Counted from the first letter of the whole stretch, positions 9,142 through 19,065 are shown. The stretch is DNA of 63,455 nt, filler included, from an uncultured Ignavibacteriales bacterium (GCA_964611355.1; 21 parts of 21 records of this genome joined end to end with filler, not necessarily neighbours in it), one strand, 5' to 3'. The notes: generated from the sequence alone by a model not told the origin. A program made the numbers and translations.

Positions 9142-10992
9142 ATGGACAAAAACCTGGACGAGATAAATGTAATTCTGGCGACCGATTGCGGTTCCACGAC
9201 GACCAAGGCGATTCTGATTGAAAAGCGCGAGGGCGTGTACCGGCTTATCAAGCGCGGCGAAGCCCCTACGACCGTGGAAGCGCCGTTTGAGGACGTTACC
9301 ATGGGTGTTCTCAATGCCGTTACGGAAGTCGGGGAGCTTTCCGGGCGCAAACTGCTGGACGAAAATAACAGGATTATTACTCCGGCTGACGGTAATGTCG
9401 GTTGTGATATCTATATATCCACTTCTTCGGCGGGCGGCGGCCTGCAGATGATGGTAGCCGGTGTGGTCCGCTCCATGACGGCCGAATCGGCCGAAAGGGC
9501 GGCTCTCGGTGCCGGCGCCATCGTTATGGATGTTATCGCCTCCAACGACAAACGCCGGCCTCATGAACAGATTGAGCGCATCCGCCATCTCCGCCCGGAT
9601 ATGATTCTGCTCTCCGGAGGTATCGACGGCGGCACGACTTCGCACGTGGTTCAGATTGCCGAACTGATAGCCGCGGCCGATCCCAAACCCCGCCTGGGAG
9701 CCGGGTACAGACTGCCGGTGATTTATGCCGGGAATAAAAACGCCGCCGACGCCATAACGGACACGCTGGGGGAAAAAGTCGATCTTGACATTGTTGATAA
9801 TATCCGGCCTGTCCTGGAGCGGGAAAACCTTTTACCGGCCAGGGAAAAGATTCACGACCTGTTTATGGAGCATGTCATGGCGCAGGCGCCCGGCTACCGC
9901 ACGCTGATGAACTGGACCGACGCGCCGATTATGCCGACCCCGGCAGCCGTCGGCGCGATTATAAAAACCATCGCCGATATTGAAAATATTGAAGCCGCCG
10001 GGGTCGATATCGGCGGCGCCACCACGGATATATTTTCGGTTTTCCGTCCCGGCGGAGGCGAAGGCGTATTTAACCGTACCGTATCGGCCAACCTCGGGAT
10101 GAGCTATTCCATATCCAATGTCTTTGCCGAAGCCACATTGCCGAACATCGTGCGCTGGATGCCGTTCGATATGGATGAACGCGACCTGCGTAACCGCGTC
10201 AAGAATAAAATGATTCGTCCCACCACTATCCCGCAGGCGATGGAGGAATTGATTTATGAGCAGGCGGTGGCCAAGGAGGCGCTCCGGCTCGCCTTTGTCC
10301 AGCATAAGAGTTTTGCCACGGTTCTAAAAGGCGTCCAGAAGCAGCGGACCATCGCCGATGCTTTTGAACAGGATGCTTCGGGCGCAACTATAGTTGACAT
10401 GATGGCGCTGGATATGCTGGTCGGTTCCGGCGGTGTACTCTCGCATGCCCCGCGCCGCCAGCAGGCGGCCATGATGCTGATCGACGCTTTCCTGCCGGAA
10501 GGTATCACCCGCCTGGCGGTCGATTCGATCTTCATGATGCCGCAACTGGGCGTCCTTTCGACGATCCATCCTCAGGCCGCCACTCAGGTGTTCGAGAAAG
10601 ATTGCCTGATTCATCTGGGAACCTGTGTGGCCCCGGCCAGCGAGGTCAAAAAGGGCGGCGTGGTGATGTCTTACAAAATTGATCTTCCCGACGGCACGGT
10701 CGACGGCGAAATCAATTATGGAGAAATAAAACTGCTTAAGCTTGGTCTCGACAAAGACGGCGTGCCGCTTAAAGCCAGAGCGGTGCTGGAACCGGCGCGC
10801 GGCCTGGATTTGGGCTATGGTAAAGGGAACAAAGTGGAGACGGAACTCCAGGGCGGCGTGGTCGGAATTATTTTGGACGGTCGCGGCCGCCCGTTCGAAT
10901 TGCCGAGTGATCATAACCGGCGCATCGCTTCGCTCAAGCGCTGGATGACGGAACTTGACGCTTACCCGGCCGAGGCTCTGGAGCATAAGTAG
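9142..10992 (+). CDS. Glutamate mutase L (GlmL/MutL)-like ASKHA-fold ATPase with C-terminal extension
   Basis: Phosphate-1 TDCGSTTTKA, SSAGGGL, ILLSGGIDGG, IMPTP, phosphate-2 VDIGGATTDIFS, VGSGGVLSH. Confidence 0.8.
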   Translation: MDKNLDEINVILATDCGSTTTKAILIEKREGVYRLIKRGEAPTTVEAPFEDVTMGVLNAVTEVGELSGRKLLDENNRIITPADGNVGCDIYISTSSAGGGLQMMVAGVVRSMTAESAERAALGAGAIVMDVIASNDKRRPHEQIERIRHLRPDMILLSGGIDGGTTSHVVQIAELIAAADPKPRLGAGYRLPVIYAGNKNAADAITDTLGEKVDLDIVDNIRPVLERENLLPAREKIHDLFMEHVMAQAPGYRTLMNWTDAPIMPTPAAVGAIIKTIADIENIEAAGVDIGGATTDIFSVFRPGGGEGVFNRTVSANLGMSYSISNVFAEATLPNIVRWMPFDMDERDLRNRVKNKMIRPTTIPQAMEELIYEQAVAKEALRLAFVQHKSFATVLKGVQKQRTIADAFEQDASGATIVDMMALDMLVGSGGVLSHAPRRQQAAMMLIDAFLPEGITRLAVDSIFMMPQLGVLSTIHPQAATQVFEKDCLIHLGTCVAPASEVKKGGVVMSYKIDLPDGTVDGEINYGEIKLLKLGLDKDGVPLKARAVLEPARGLDLGYGKGNKVETELQGGVVGIILDGRGRPFELPSDHNRRIASLKRWMTELDAYPAEALEHK

Positions 10993-11069
10993 TCTCAAGT
11001 TGGCATGCGCCGAGGGTTAAAATCTCGGAGAAATGGAGAACTGAAAAAGTGAAGGCTTGTTTTAATGGA

Positions 11070-11876
11070 ATGAATAATATCCGGAAAACGACCATTTCGG
11101 TAATCGCGTTGTTGTTATTGATCGGTTCGGCCGGCCGGGCGGAAAACTTCGTTGACTGGAAGGCCGGTTTCTGGTTCGCCGTGCCCGAAGGGTGGGAAAA
11201 AGTGGACTACGGCCTCGTGGATCGATACCTGGCTTATATGGATACATCCATGGAGGTTTTTGATTATGAAGCGGTCTTTGCTCCTTCCACATCAGATCCG
11301 TTTAACAAGGATGCATATTTGGTAATTAAATTTGATTCTACCGGAAAACTCTCAGATAAAGAAACCGACTCCATTCTGAACGGTATCGCCGATGCTTATG
11401 CGACCGAGATCTTTGAAGCGCCGATTGTCAGCCTCATGTCTGATCTGATTCCGGGAAAACCCAGGGTAAATCGCAACCGGCGGGTAGTTTCGGTTTTGGC
11501 CGATATGGCTTACCGGCCGGGTGCGGTGAAGAAAATATGGCAATATATGCAGCTTAATGATCGCGGGATAATTACTTTCTTTTTCTACAGCCCCGATTCG
11601 ACTTACGAGAAAAACAAGCCTGTATTTGATGAGATTGTCAAGTCGGTGTCATTTGACAATCTCCGCGCGGCTGCAGTCGGGGAAGAACTGACATTCACCG
11701 ATATCGGCGGGGAGAACGTATCTCCACCGGAAACGGAATATTCCGGCCGGGAAGGCAACCGGGAAGGTGCGCAAAACGGCGAAACTGATTCCGGAAGAAA
11801 TATCGCTATAGCAGTGGGGATTGTGATAGTTATTCTGGTTGTGCTCAGAATGAGAAAGAAAAAGCCTAAAACGTAA
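11070..11876 (+). CDS. Hypothetical exported protein with C-terminal membrane anchor and basic tail
   Basis: Signal-peptide-like N-terminus; ends ...IAIAVGIVIVILVVLRMRKKKPKT. Confidence 0.7.
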   Translation: MNNIRKTTISVIALLLLIGSAGRAENFVDWKAGFWFAVPEGWEKVDYGLVDRYLAYMDTSMEVFDYEAVFAPSTSDPFNKDAYLVIKFDSTGKLSDKETDSILNGIADAYATEIFEAPIVSLMSDLIPGKPRVNRNRRVVSVLADMAYRPGAVKKIWQYMQLNDRGIITFFFYSPDSTYEKNKPVFDEIVKSVSFDNLRAAAVGEELTFTDIGGENVSPPETEYSGREGNREGAQNGETDSGRNIAIAVGIVIVILVVLRMRKKKPKT

Positions 11877-11907
11877 TAGTCTGTTGAGATAATGAAAGGC
11901 GAAGGTT

Positions 11908-13041
11908 ATGGCTCACGCATATACACCCGGACTTAAGGTAAGCGAAAAACTATTGGTCAGCAAGAGGAGGATTCTGCCTCTCAAAGGCGATGTTCTGGCC
12001 AAAGTCGGTGACCGGGTCAACCCCGATACGGTCGTGGCAAGGACTTTCCTGCCCGGCAACGTGGATCCGATAAACGTTTCCAACCAACTCGGACTGCCTC
12101 CGGAAGATATTGAGATGTGCATGCTCAAAAAGGTAGGCGATCCGGTCGAGGATGGCGAGTTAATCGCCCGTTCGAAACCGCTTTTTGGCCTGAAATGGTT
12201 TGCCTCCGAGAGCAAATCGACTCTCAAGGGAACGGTGGAGTCGGTCTCCTCAGTAACCGGCCAGGTGCTTCTGAGAGGAGAGCCGATTCCGGTGGAGGTG
12301 AAGGCGTACCTTAACGGCGAAGTCATCGAGGTGATAGAAAACGAAGGCGTAGTCGTTTCCACGTGGGGCGCTTTCATTCAGGGAATTTTCGGTATAGGCG
12401 GCGAAACGCACGGCATCGTCAAGGTCGTCGTTCCCGATAATACCGTACTTCTGACCGACAAACTGATTACCGACGAATGCAAAGGGTGTATCATTATCGG
12501 CGGTTCACGCGTTACGGCGGAGGCGATTCGGAAGGCGGCCGGTGTCGGCGCCAAAGGGGTCGTTACCGGCGGTTTTGACGATAAGGATTTGCGTGACTTT
12601 TTGGGGTATGATATCGGGGTGGCCATTACCGGTTCGGAAGAAATCGGGGTGACGCTGGTGGTTACCGAAGGATTCGGGGATATAAATATGGCCGAAAAAA
12701 CCTTCGCCCTGCTGAAAACTAATGAGAATAAAATGGCGTGTATTAACGGCGCGACCCAGATTCGGGCCGGTGTAATCCGCCCGGAAGTTGTAGTTCCCAC
12801 CGAGGAAGATATCAGGCAGAAAGATGAATCGGAAGCTTTTGAGCAAACGGGTCTGGAGATCGGGTCGCCGGTCAGGGTTATCCGACATCCTCATTTCGGT
12901 CGTCTGGGAAAGGTTTCCGATCTGCCGTCGCCGCTCCAGGTTCTGGAATCTGAATCAAAGGCGCGTGTTCTTGAAGTTACTTTCGACAATGGCGATAAAG
13001 CTATTGTCCCCCGCGCCAATGTCGAGTTGATTGAATCGTAA
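11908..13041 (+). CDS. Conserved hypothetical protein (barrel-sandwich-hybrid-like motifs, C-terminal KOW/SH3-like domain)
   Basis: Two V.VGD.V..G..(I/V)AR-type motifs; central GAKGVVTGG; C-terminal LEIGSPVRVIRHPHFGRLGKV. Confidence 0.75.
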   Translation: MAHAYTPGLKVSEKLLVSKRRILPLKGDVLAKVGDRVNPDTVVARTFLPGNVDPINVSNQLGLPPEDIEMCMLKKVGDPVEDGELIARSKPLFGLKWFASESKSTLKGTVESVSSVTGQVLLRGEPIPVEVKAYLNGEVIEVIENEGVVVSTWGAFIQGIFGIGGETHGIVKVVVPDNTVLLTDKLITDECKGCIIIGGSRVTAEAIRKAAGVGAKGVVTGGFDDKDLRDFLGYDIGVAITGSEEIGVTLVVTEGFGDINMAEKTFALLKTNENKMACINGATQIRAGVIRPEVVVPTEEDIRQKDESEAFEQTGLEIGSPVRVIRHPHFGRLGKVSDLPSPLQVLESESKARVLEVTFDNGDKAIVPRANVELIES

Positions 13042-13073
13042 AAATAGATTTGAATTGAAATATCGTAAGAGTC

Positions 13074-13110
13074 AACCGGCCGGGTAGATGAATAATCCGG
13101 CCGGTTATTT
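13074..13110 (+). terminator. Intrinsic terminator
   Basis: AACCGGCCGG...CCGGCCGGTT hairpin plus T-rich tail after stop 13041. Confidence 0.65.
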
Positions 13111-13134
13111 TATTTGGGCGGTTTTGTTATAAAT

Positions 13135-13162
13135 AAAAGGGCCGGATGGGCCGGCCCTTTTT
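13135..13162. terminator. Second hairpin, possibly a bidirectional terminator
   Basis: AAAAGGGCCGG-ATGGG-CCGGCCCTTTTT. Confidence 0.6.
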
Positions 13163-13289
13163 GGTCATAATTTTAGTTCACGCTCTACTNNNNNNNNNNN
13201 NNNNNNNNNNNNNNNNNNNNNNNNNNNNNNNNNTTAATTAATTAANNNNNNNNNNNNNNNNNNNNNNNNNNNNNNNNNNNNNNNNNNNN

Positions 13290-13343
13290 AACCTCAGCCG
13301 CAAAACTCTCTTAAAATCGGCTTGACTAATGGGGAGCAGTACA
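13290..13343 (+). mobile_element. IS3-like terminal sequence at contig start
   Basis: CAGCCGCAAAA...ACTAATGGGGAGCAGTACA ends in CA; related copies at 16655-16706 and 29468-29520. Confidence 0.55.
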
Positions 13344-13420
13344 CCACTGCTTTCAACAGACAGTAGATCGAAACTGATGTTCACTTGCGGCTTCTACAAC
13401 TTTACTTCCAATTAAAAAGC

Positions 13421-13453
13421 GCTGGTGCCCCACGTCTTTAGACGTGGGGGTAG
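13421..13453 (+). repeat. 33-bp palindromic repeat, copy 1 (REP/IS200-IS605-end-like hairpin)
   Basis: GCTGGTGCCCCACGTCTTTAGACGTGGGGGTAG; 31/33 identical to 14239-14271. Confidence 0.85.
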
Positions 13454-13588
13454 ATAGTACGTCGAAAACCCTGTCGTAGATACTGAACGAAGTGAAGGGC
13501 TTGTCCTGAGAGAATCGAAGGGCCCGTCCTGAATGAAATAAAGAACGCTTTTGACATTGCGCGAAGCGCGAAATTTTATCTACTTGAC

Positions 13589-14224
13589 TCAGCGGAAACG
13601 ATACAACAACAGCCCGTGTCTACTACCATAAAGTCCCTTCAGCGGCTGATGCGTTCGAATAAATATATATGAACCGGTTTTAATTGCCTCGGCTATCTGA
13701 TAGTTCTTGTATAGGCCATGGGGGTGGCGCCAGATAAGTTCCACTGGCTTATTAAAGTCGGGTTCATCAACGTTCGTTTTCACAAGTTGCTCTTCGGCGT
13801 AACTGTGCAACGAGTCTTTCCACAACAGCGCGAATGCCGAATCATACTCAGGCTCTCGCAAACGGTAATCGCCGGAGTAATCGATGACAAACTCACCATT
13901 AGCCGCCCAAAAGCGTTGTACCCATTCGAGTGTATCACCGACCACAAGTGTTGTATCCCAGACGGGTACGGCGGGCGGGTCACATCCTCCTCGCCGTTCG
14001 GAAATGATTTCTCCAGGACCGAGGTAAAGATAATGGATAACCCACAGTTCACATTCACCGTAACCTATCTCCATGAAGGCCAGCGTACAAGTGTCACCGA
14101 CCGTTTTGCCCATAAAGACGAAGGAACCATCGCAAAACCCCCAAGCCCCCAACGAAGTTGGAACCGCAATGATCGAGAACAACAACAAGGCAATCATTAT
14201 TTCGAGACGTAATTCCTGATACAT
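13589..14224 (-). CDS. Hypothetical exported protein
   Basis: AAGGAGA RBS before ATG 14224; hydrophobic N-terminus; no recognised family. Confidence 0.65.
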   Translation of the reverse strand: MYQELRLEIMIALLLFSIIAVPTSLGAWGFCDGSFVFMGKTVGDTCTLAFMEIGYGECELWVIHYLYLGPGEIISERRGGCDPPAVPVWDTTLVVGDTLEWVQRFWAANGEFVIDYSGDYRLREPEYDSAFALLWKDSLHSYAEEQLVKTNVDEPDFNKPVELIWRHPHGLYKNYQIAEAIKTGSYIFIRTHQPLKGLYGSRHGLLLYRFR

Positions 14225-14238
14225 ATTCTTCTCCTTCT

Positions 14239-14271
14239 GCTGGTGCCCCACGTCTTTAGACATTGGGGTAG
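14239..14271 (+). repeat. 33-bp palindromic repeat, copy 2
   Basis: GCTGGTGCCCCACGTCTTTAGACATTGGGGTAG. Confidence 0.85.
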
Positions 14272-14640
14272 TTTTACCGGTTCCCACTTGGATATTATAA
14301 CACAACATCATCAGTTTCAATACACAACCACCGCTATTTCATAACCTGACCCTATTAATGGATAATTATACCAGGGATATAAATATGCCTATCAGCAAAA
14401 AACAACTCATTGCCAACTGTCTTTGGCGATCCCGCCCCGCCGAGAAACAACTCACTGCGCAATACGTCGGGGCCCTGCGACAGCCGCCTTCAGAACTCGT
14501 GGTCCCATAGGACGACCGTGGCTCGCTGGGCCACAGCCCTCTTTTCTTTCGCCAACTCATGATACGAAACATATAGGTTAGCCCTTACGTATATTCGGGT
14601 AGCATTAGTAGCAATAATCCTACAACTGCAGGAGGAACTC

Positions 14641-16029
14641 ATGGTTAGAATCGTCGGATCGGAGAAAAATCGTAGAGGTGTCGAGGGGATTAAGTCCCTT
14701 GGCCGGGTAGTTTCAGTTACAGTCCTGACCATCCTGATGGTCGCTACCACCGCCTCGGTCCAGGCCGAGGAGAACATCACCGTCGACCGCAAAGCCCAAG
14801 CGGAAATCATCGATAGCATCTCGGCCACGCTCAACACCACCTACGTGTTTCCTGACGTAGCCAGGGAGATGGAGAAATACATCCGCAAGCAGTACAAGGA
14901 CAAGGCGTACGAAGACATTACGAGTCTGGAAGAATTCGTCGGTGTATTAACAACCGATCTTCGAGAAATATGTCACGACAAACATCTGAGAGTCTCGTTC
15001 ATCAGCCCCGAGCGATTGGCTCAAATCGAGGCGGATACCAACAAGGCTCAGAATGAGCAATTGGAGTTCAAGTACGCCGAATACACCAATTTCGATTTCG
15101 TCAAAGTTGAACGACTGCCCGCGAATGTCGGTTATCTCAAGTTCAACAGTTTCAGCGGCTACCCTGAGGCTGGGGAGACGGCCATCGCGGCTATGGCCTT
15201 CCTGGCCAATACCGATGCTCTCATCATTGATCTGCGCGAGAATGGCGGGGGCGATCCGGTGATGATTCAGTTACTCACAAGTTATTTCTTTGACGAGCCC
15301 GTGCATCTCAACAGTTTCTACATTCGCAAGACCGACTCTATTCAGCAGTTCTGGACCCAGAACTGGGTTCCGGGCAAGAGGCTGTCCGATATCCCCATCT
15401 TTGTCCTGACGAGCAGCTATACTTTTTCAGGGGCCGAAGAGTTTTCGTTCAACCTCAAGAATCTTAAACGCGCTACTCTCATTGGCGAGACAACCGGTGG
15501 AGGCGCTCACCCGTGTGACTACGAACTGTACGCTAATTTGAATGTGCAACTCAAGGTACCCTACGGGCGCGCGATCAATCCCATCACCGGCACCAATTGG
15601 GAAGGAACCGGAGTTGAACCGCATATTGCCGTGGCCGCCGATGATGCCCTGATGACAGCCCGCGTCGAGGCCATGAAAAGAATAAAGGAAAATCCGCGCC
15701 ACGAAAAGGTAGTACCGATCCTCGACTGGCACATTGCCGGGCTCACGGCCAAGTTGAATCCCGTCGAAGTAGACGAGGCCATTCTGAAGGAGTACATAGG
15801 CGACTATGGCCCGAGACATGTGATGATCGAGGATGGTGTTCTCTATTATCAATGTGACGAACGCCCGAAATACAAGATGATCCCGATGACCGAGGACACT
15901 TTCTGGTTTGAGGATATTCATTATTTCCGGTTGAAGTTTGTTCGTGACGAGGACGGCCAGGTGGTTGAAGTCAACGGTCTATACGACAATGGCAAGGTCG
16001 ATCGTAATCCGCGCGACAACGATCAATAA
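14641..16029 (+). CDS. S41-family peptidase (IRBP/CtpA-like) with C-terminal extra domain
   Basis: DKHL, NVGYLKFNSF, LIIDLRENGGG, TFSGAEEF, IGETTGGGAHP, WEGTGVEP. Confidence 0.9.
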   Translation: MVRIVGSEKNRRGVEGIKSLGRVVSVTVLTILMVATTASVQAEENITVDRKAQAEIIDSISATLNTTYVFPDVAREMEKYIRKQYKDKAYEDITSLEEFVGVLTTDLREICHDKHLRVSFISPERLAQIEADTNKAQNEQLEFKYAEYTNFDFVKVERLPANVGYLKFNSFSGYPEAGETAIAAMAFLANTDALIIDLRENGGGDPVMIQLLTSYFFDEPVHLNSFYIRKTDSIQQFWTQNWVPGKRLSDIPIFVLTSSYTFSGAEEFSFNLKNLKRATLIGETTGGGAHPCDYELYANLNVQLKVPYGRAINPITGTNWEGTGVEPHIAVAADDALMTARVEAMKRIKENPRHEKVVPILDWHIAGLTAKLNPVEVDEAILKEYIGDYGPRHVMIEDGVLYYQCDERPKYKMIPMTEDTFWFEDIHYFRLKFVRDEDGQVVEVNGLYDNGKVDRNPRDNDQ

Positions 16030-16060
16030 CCGACTTCCCCGGTGGGACCGCCATAGATAT

Positions 16061-16580
16061 CGGGACCCGTGGCCCATCCCGCCTTCGGCGGGATGCGTTC
16101 CCGCAATAGACCGTATTTTACAGGTGCTGAAGCACTATGAAGCATCCGCAATCACTATCACTACAAAATCCAAGTTGATTCCGACCACAACGGCAATTAT
16201 GGTGATCTATGCTTTTCCTGTTTTACATATCGGGACATCAGAATGCGGATTTATATTTTTGACCGGCAGGTGCTGAAGCACTGTGAAGCAAAGGAAATGA
16301 TACTTGGGGCCCCCGAAATAATGACAAAACGAACCCAAATCGCCGCGCCTACGGACTCCTCAAACTCCTTCAGTCTCAACGCCATACAAGAATCACCACA
16401 AAACCGATATAACGAAAAGTAAAATATGACAAAACAAACCCATATCCCCGTATCAACATGTTCGATAGGACAATACACGGAAAATCAAGATTTCGAAATG
16501 TGGATAACTATAACGGAAGCATGATTGGCCGATTTGACCGAAAGTTGGACCGGTGGGCCATCCCGCCTTCGGCGGGCTGG
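16061..16580 (+). repeat. Composite non-coding repeat region
   Basis: Two CCCGCC-TTC-GGCGGG hairpins; 24-bp direct repeat at 16121-16144 and 16267-16290; two ATGACAAAAC(G/A)AACCCA motifs; segments shared with 21570, 47503 and 50085. Confidence 0.85.
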
Positions 16581-16654
16581 GTTCGGTGCGCTGTAAACCT
16601 TTTCGCCCCGGAATCCCATTTACGTCGCTTCATGGCTGAACTCCTTTGAATGTC

Positions 16655-16706
16655 CAACCGCAAAATACTAACCTAACAACCGACCTCACTAATGGGGGGC
16701 AGTATA
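16655..16706 (+). mobile_element. IS3-like terminal remnant
   Basis: CAACCGCAAAATACT...TCACTAATGGGGGGCAGTATA, near match to rc(29468-29520). Confidence 0.55.
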
Positions 16707-16843
16707 ACAACCTGACAAGTGATTCAATTTACGTGCGACAAGCATAAATATATAGCTTGATAATATTTTTTTGATATCGGATTGTCGGGCAGTATTATAT
16801 TATTGGGTATAACTGGAAGCAAAACAAAACGGGTTATTGTAAA

Positions 16844-17373
16844 TTGACGAATTGTTATTTTGTATCGGATCTGCACGGTCGGATCAAGCGGTACCAAAAA
16901 TTGATTTCCCAAATAAGGAAGAATCCTCCTGATATTGTTTTCATTGGCGGTGATATTTTGCCCTCCGGTTTAGCGACCATTTCCGCCACTGGCCCTTCTC
17001 ATCGCGATTTCATAAATAATTATCTCATCAAGGAACTTTCAGAATTAAAAGCTGATCTTCAAAATAAATATCCCCGGATCTTTCTTATCCTTGGAAACGA
17101 TGACAGCCGTTTCGAAGAAACTGCTATCGTTAACGCCTCCACCAAAGGAATCTTCGAATATATCCATAATCGACGGTCGGAATATGGAGATTTCCAAATT
17201 TACGGTTATGCCTTTGTGCCCCCAACTCCATTTATGTTGAAGGATTGGGAGCGGTATGACGTTTCCCGGTACGTTGATCCGGGAGCAATTTCTCCCGAAG
17301 AAGGGTATCATGCGGGAGCCGGATCAGCTTCAGACGCCAAGTATCGGACTATTGCCAAAGATCTGGATCGCCT
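16844..17373 (+). CDS. Calcineurin-like metallophosphoesterase, 3'-truncated by contig end
   Basis: VSDLHG, GGDILP and LGNDD motifs. Confidence 0.85.
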
Positions 17374-17473
17374 NNNNNNNNNNNNNNNNNNNNNNNNNNN
17401 NNNNNNNNNNNNNNNNNTTAATTAATTAANNNNNNNNNNNNNNNNNNNNNNNNNNNNNNNNNNNNNNNNNNNN

Positions 17474-17570
17474 CGAGAGCGAAAATAAACAGATACATCA
17501 GATCCGGGCGGGATTTGAAATATTGAAATTTCTCGCGGGTATAATTTCTTATAGATTCCAAATCAGGCAT
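17474..17570 (-). CDS. N-terminus of GT-C glycosyltransferase paralog A (continues via the collapsed repeat into 29621..30423)
   Basis: MPDLESIRNYTREKFQYFKSRPDLMYLFIFAL aligns with the start of the 30492 gene; 17474-17528 = rc(30534-30588). Confidence 0.75.
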
Positions 17571-17622
17571 TCTTATTGCAGCGATATTGCTTTCCCGTTC
17601 CGGCATCAACTCAAGACGAAGA

Positions 17623-19065
17623 TCATCCGTTGCTCGTTGATGCCCTTTCATTTCGATAAGTTATCAGACTGACCACCACGCACGCCAGAAACGCCATAAA
17701 AAAGGCCGGAACGATTTCGAACAAGGTCGCTTTAAGCGCCGGAACAAGCCGCCAGATAATAGTAACCACCGTTCCGCAGATCATGGCAGATAGAACGCCT
17801 TCGCGCGTTGTTTTCTTCCACCAGAGTGTCAAAAGAAGCGGCGGCCCGAATGAAGCGCCCAATCCCGACCACGCGAAACCGACCATTTTGAACACCAGTT
17901 CTTTGGAAAGCAGCGCAATTATAAAAGCGACTCCCCCAACGACAAGCGTAATCAGGCGCGAAATTCCAACCAGACGCCTTTGATCTATCTTCTTATTCAC
18001 CAACTGATGGTAAATATCTTCGGCCAGGGCTGAAGTTGTCACCAAAAGCTGGCTGTCGGCAGTCGACATCATGGCCGCCAGGGCACCGGCGATCAGTATT
18101 CCGGCCAGCCACCCGGGGAAAAGCTTCATCGTCAGAAGCGGCATAACCTTTTCCTGATCGGTGACGACATCGCCGGCAAGCACAACCGTGCCGAACAGGC
18201 CGATAAACATCGCTCCCCAAAAGGCCAACACCGCCCAACTGATGCCGATTACCGCTCCTTTGCGTAGTTGTTCCGGGTTTTTGATAGCCATAAACCGCGT
18301 CAACAGGTGCGGCATGCCCATGTAGCCGAGACCCCAGGCCAGGCCGGATATCACGGAAAGCGCAGCCATAATGCCGGTCTTGCCACCGAGAATATAGAGA
18401 TGATTGGGATAAGCGGCGGCCACCTGTCCGATAGCGTTGTCCCAGCCGCCCAGTTCCATCACGGCCACGATCGGAAGAACAACGAGCGTAAAGATCATCA
18501 AAATCGCCTGGATCACGTCGGTCCAGACCACGGCGAAAAATCCACCCATGAGTGTGTAGAAGACAATTATCCCGCCGCCGAGAATCATGGCCTGCAGGTT
18601 GGTTATCGGAAGAAACAGCGAAAACAGCTTGCCGGCCGCCATCAGCTGCGCGCAAACATAGAAAGTGAAAAAGAAAGTGATGATAATGCTGGAAAATATC
18701 CTCAGGGCGTGCGTCTGATCGTTGAACCGGCGTTCAAAGAAATCGGGCAGTGTCAGGGCGTTGTATCTTCCGGTGGCCAGCCTTAGTCGACGGGCGACAA
18801 ACATCCAGGAAAACAAAATTCCGGAAGTGCATCCGATGGAAACCCATAGTTCCAATAAACCGGCCGCATACAGTACCCCGGGCAGACCAAGGAGAAGCCA
18901 CGCCGATTCGCCCGAAGCCCTCTCCGAGAGAGTAACCACCCAGATACCCAATTTTCTTCCGGCCAGAAGAAAGTCGCCGATTGTCTCGTTGAGCCGAAAA
19001 GTATAGAATGCTATGCATATCAGAAGCACCAGGTATAGTATCAGGCCTATGAGAATCTGGTTCAC
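17623..19065 (-). CDS. putP: Sodium:solute symporter, PutP-like
   Basis: FLLAGRKLG, SGESAWLLLGLPG, YTLMGGFFAVVWTDVIQ, GYMGMPH, AAMMSTADSQLL; about 13 TM segments. Confidence 0.85.
   Translation of the reverse strand: MNQILIGLILYLVLLICIAFYTFRLNETIGDFLLAGRKLGIWVVTLSERASGESAWLLLGLPGVLYAAGLLELWVSIGCTSGILFSWMFVARRLRLATGRYNALTLPDFFERRFNDQTHALRIFSSIIITFFFTFYVCAQLMAAGKLFSLFLPITNLQAMILGGGIIVFYTLMGGFFAVVWTDVIQAILMIFTLVVLPIVAVMELGGWDNAIGQVAAAYPNHLYILGGKTGIMAALSVISGLAWGLGYMGMPHLLTRFMAIKNPEQLRKGAVIGISWAVLAFWGAMFIGLFGTVVLAGDVVTDQEKVMPLLTMKLFPGWLAGILIAGALAAMMSTADSQLLVTTSALAEDIYHQLVNKKIDQRRLVGISRLITLVVGGVAFIIALLSKELVFKMVGFAWSGLGASFGPPLLLTLWWKKTTREGVLSAMICGTVVTIIWRLVPALKATLFEIVPAFFMAFLACVVVSLITYRNERASTSNG

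Noticed and set aside
13481..13547. Degenerate CCTGAG...GAAGGG units (also about 21664 and 34520)
   Set aside because: Probably decayed REP-like repeats, but too short and divergent to delimit confidently
14386..14560. GC-rich structured-looking intergenic stretch as a riboswitch (also 50490-50565)
   Set aside because: No recognisable conserved riboswitch core by eye; an Rfam cmscan would be needed
16121..16290. 24-bp direct repeat CAGGTGCTGAAGCACT(A/G)TGAAGCA as a possible CRISPR
   Set aside because: Only two copies, a 122-bp spacer and no cas genes in the window
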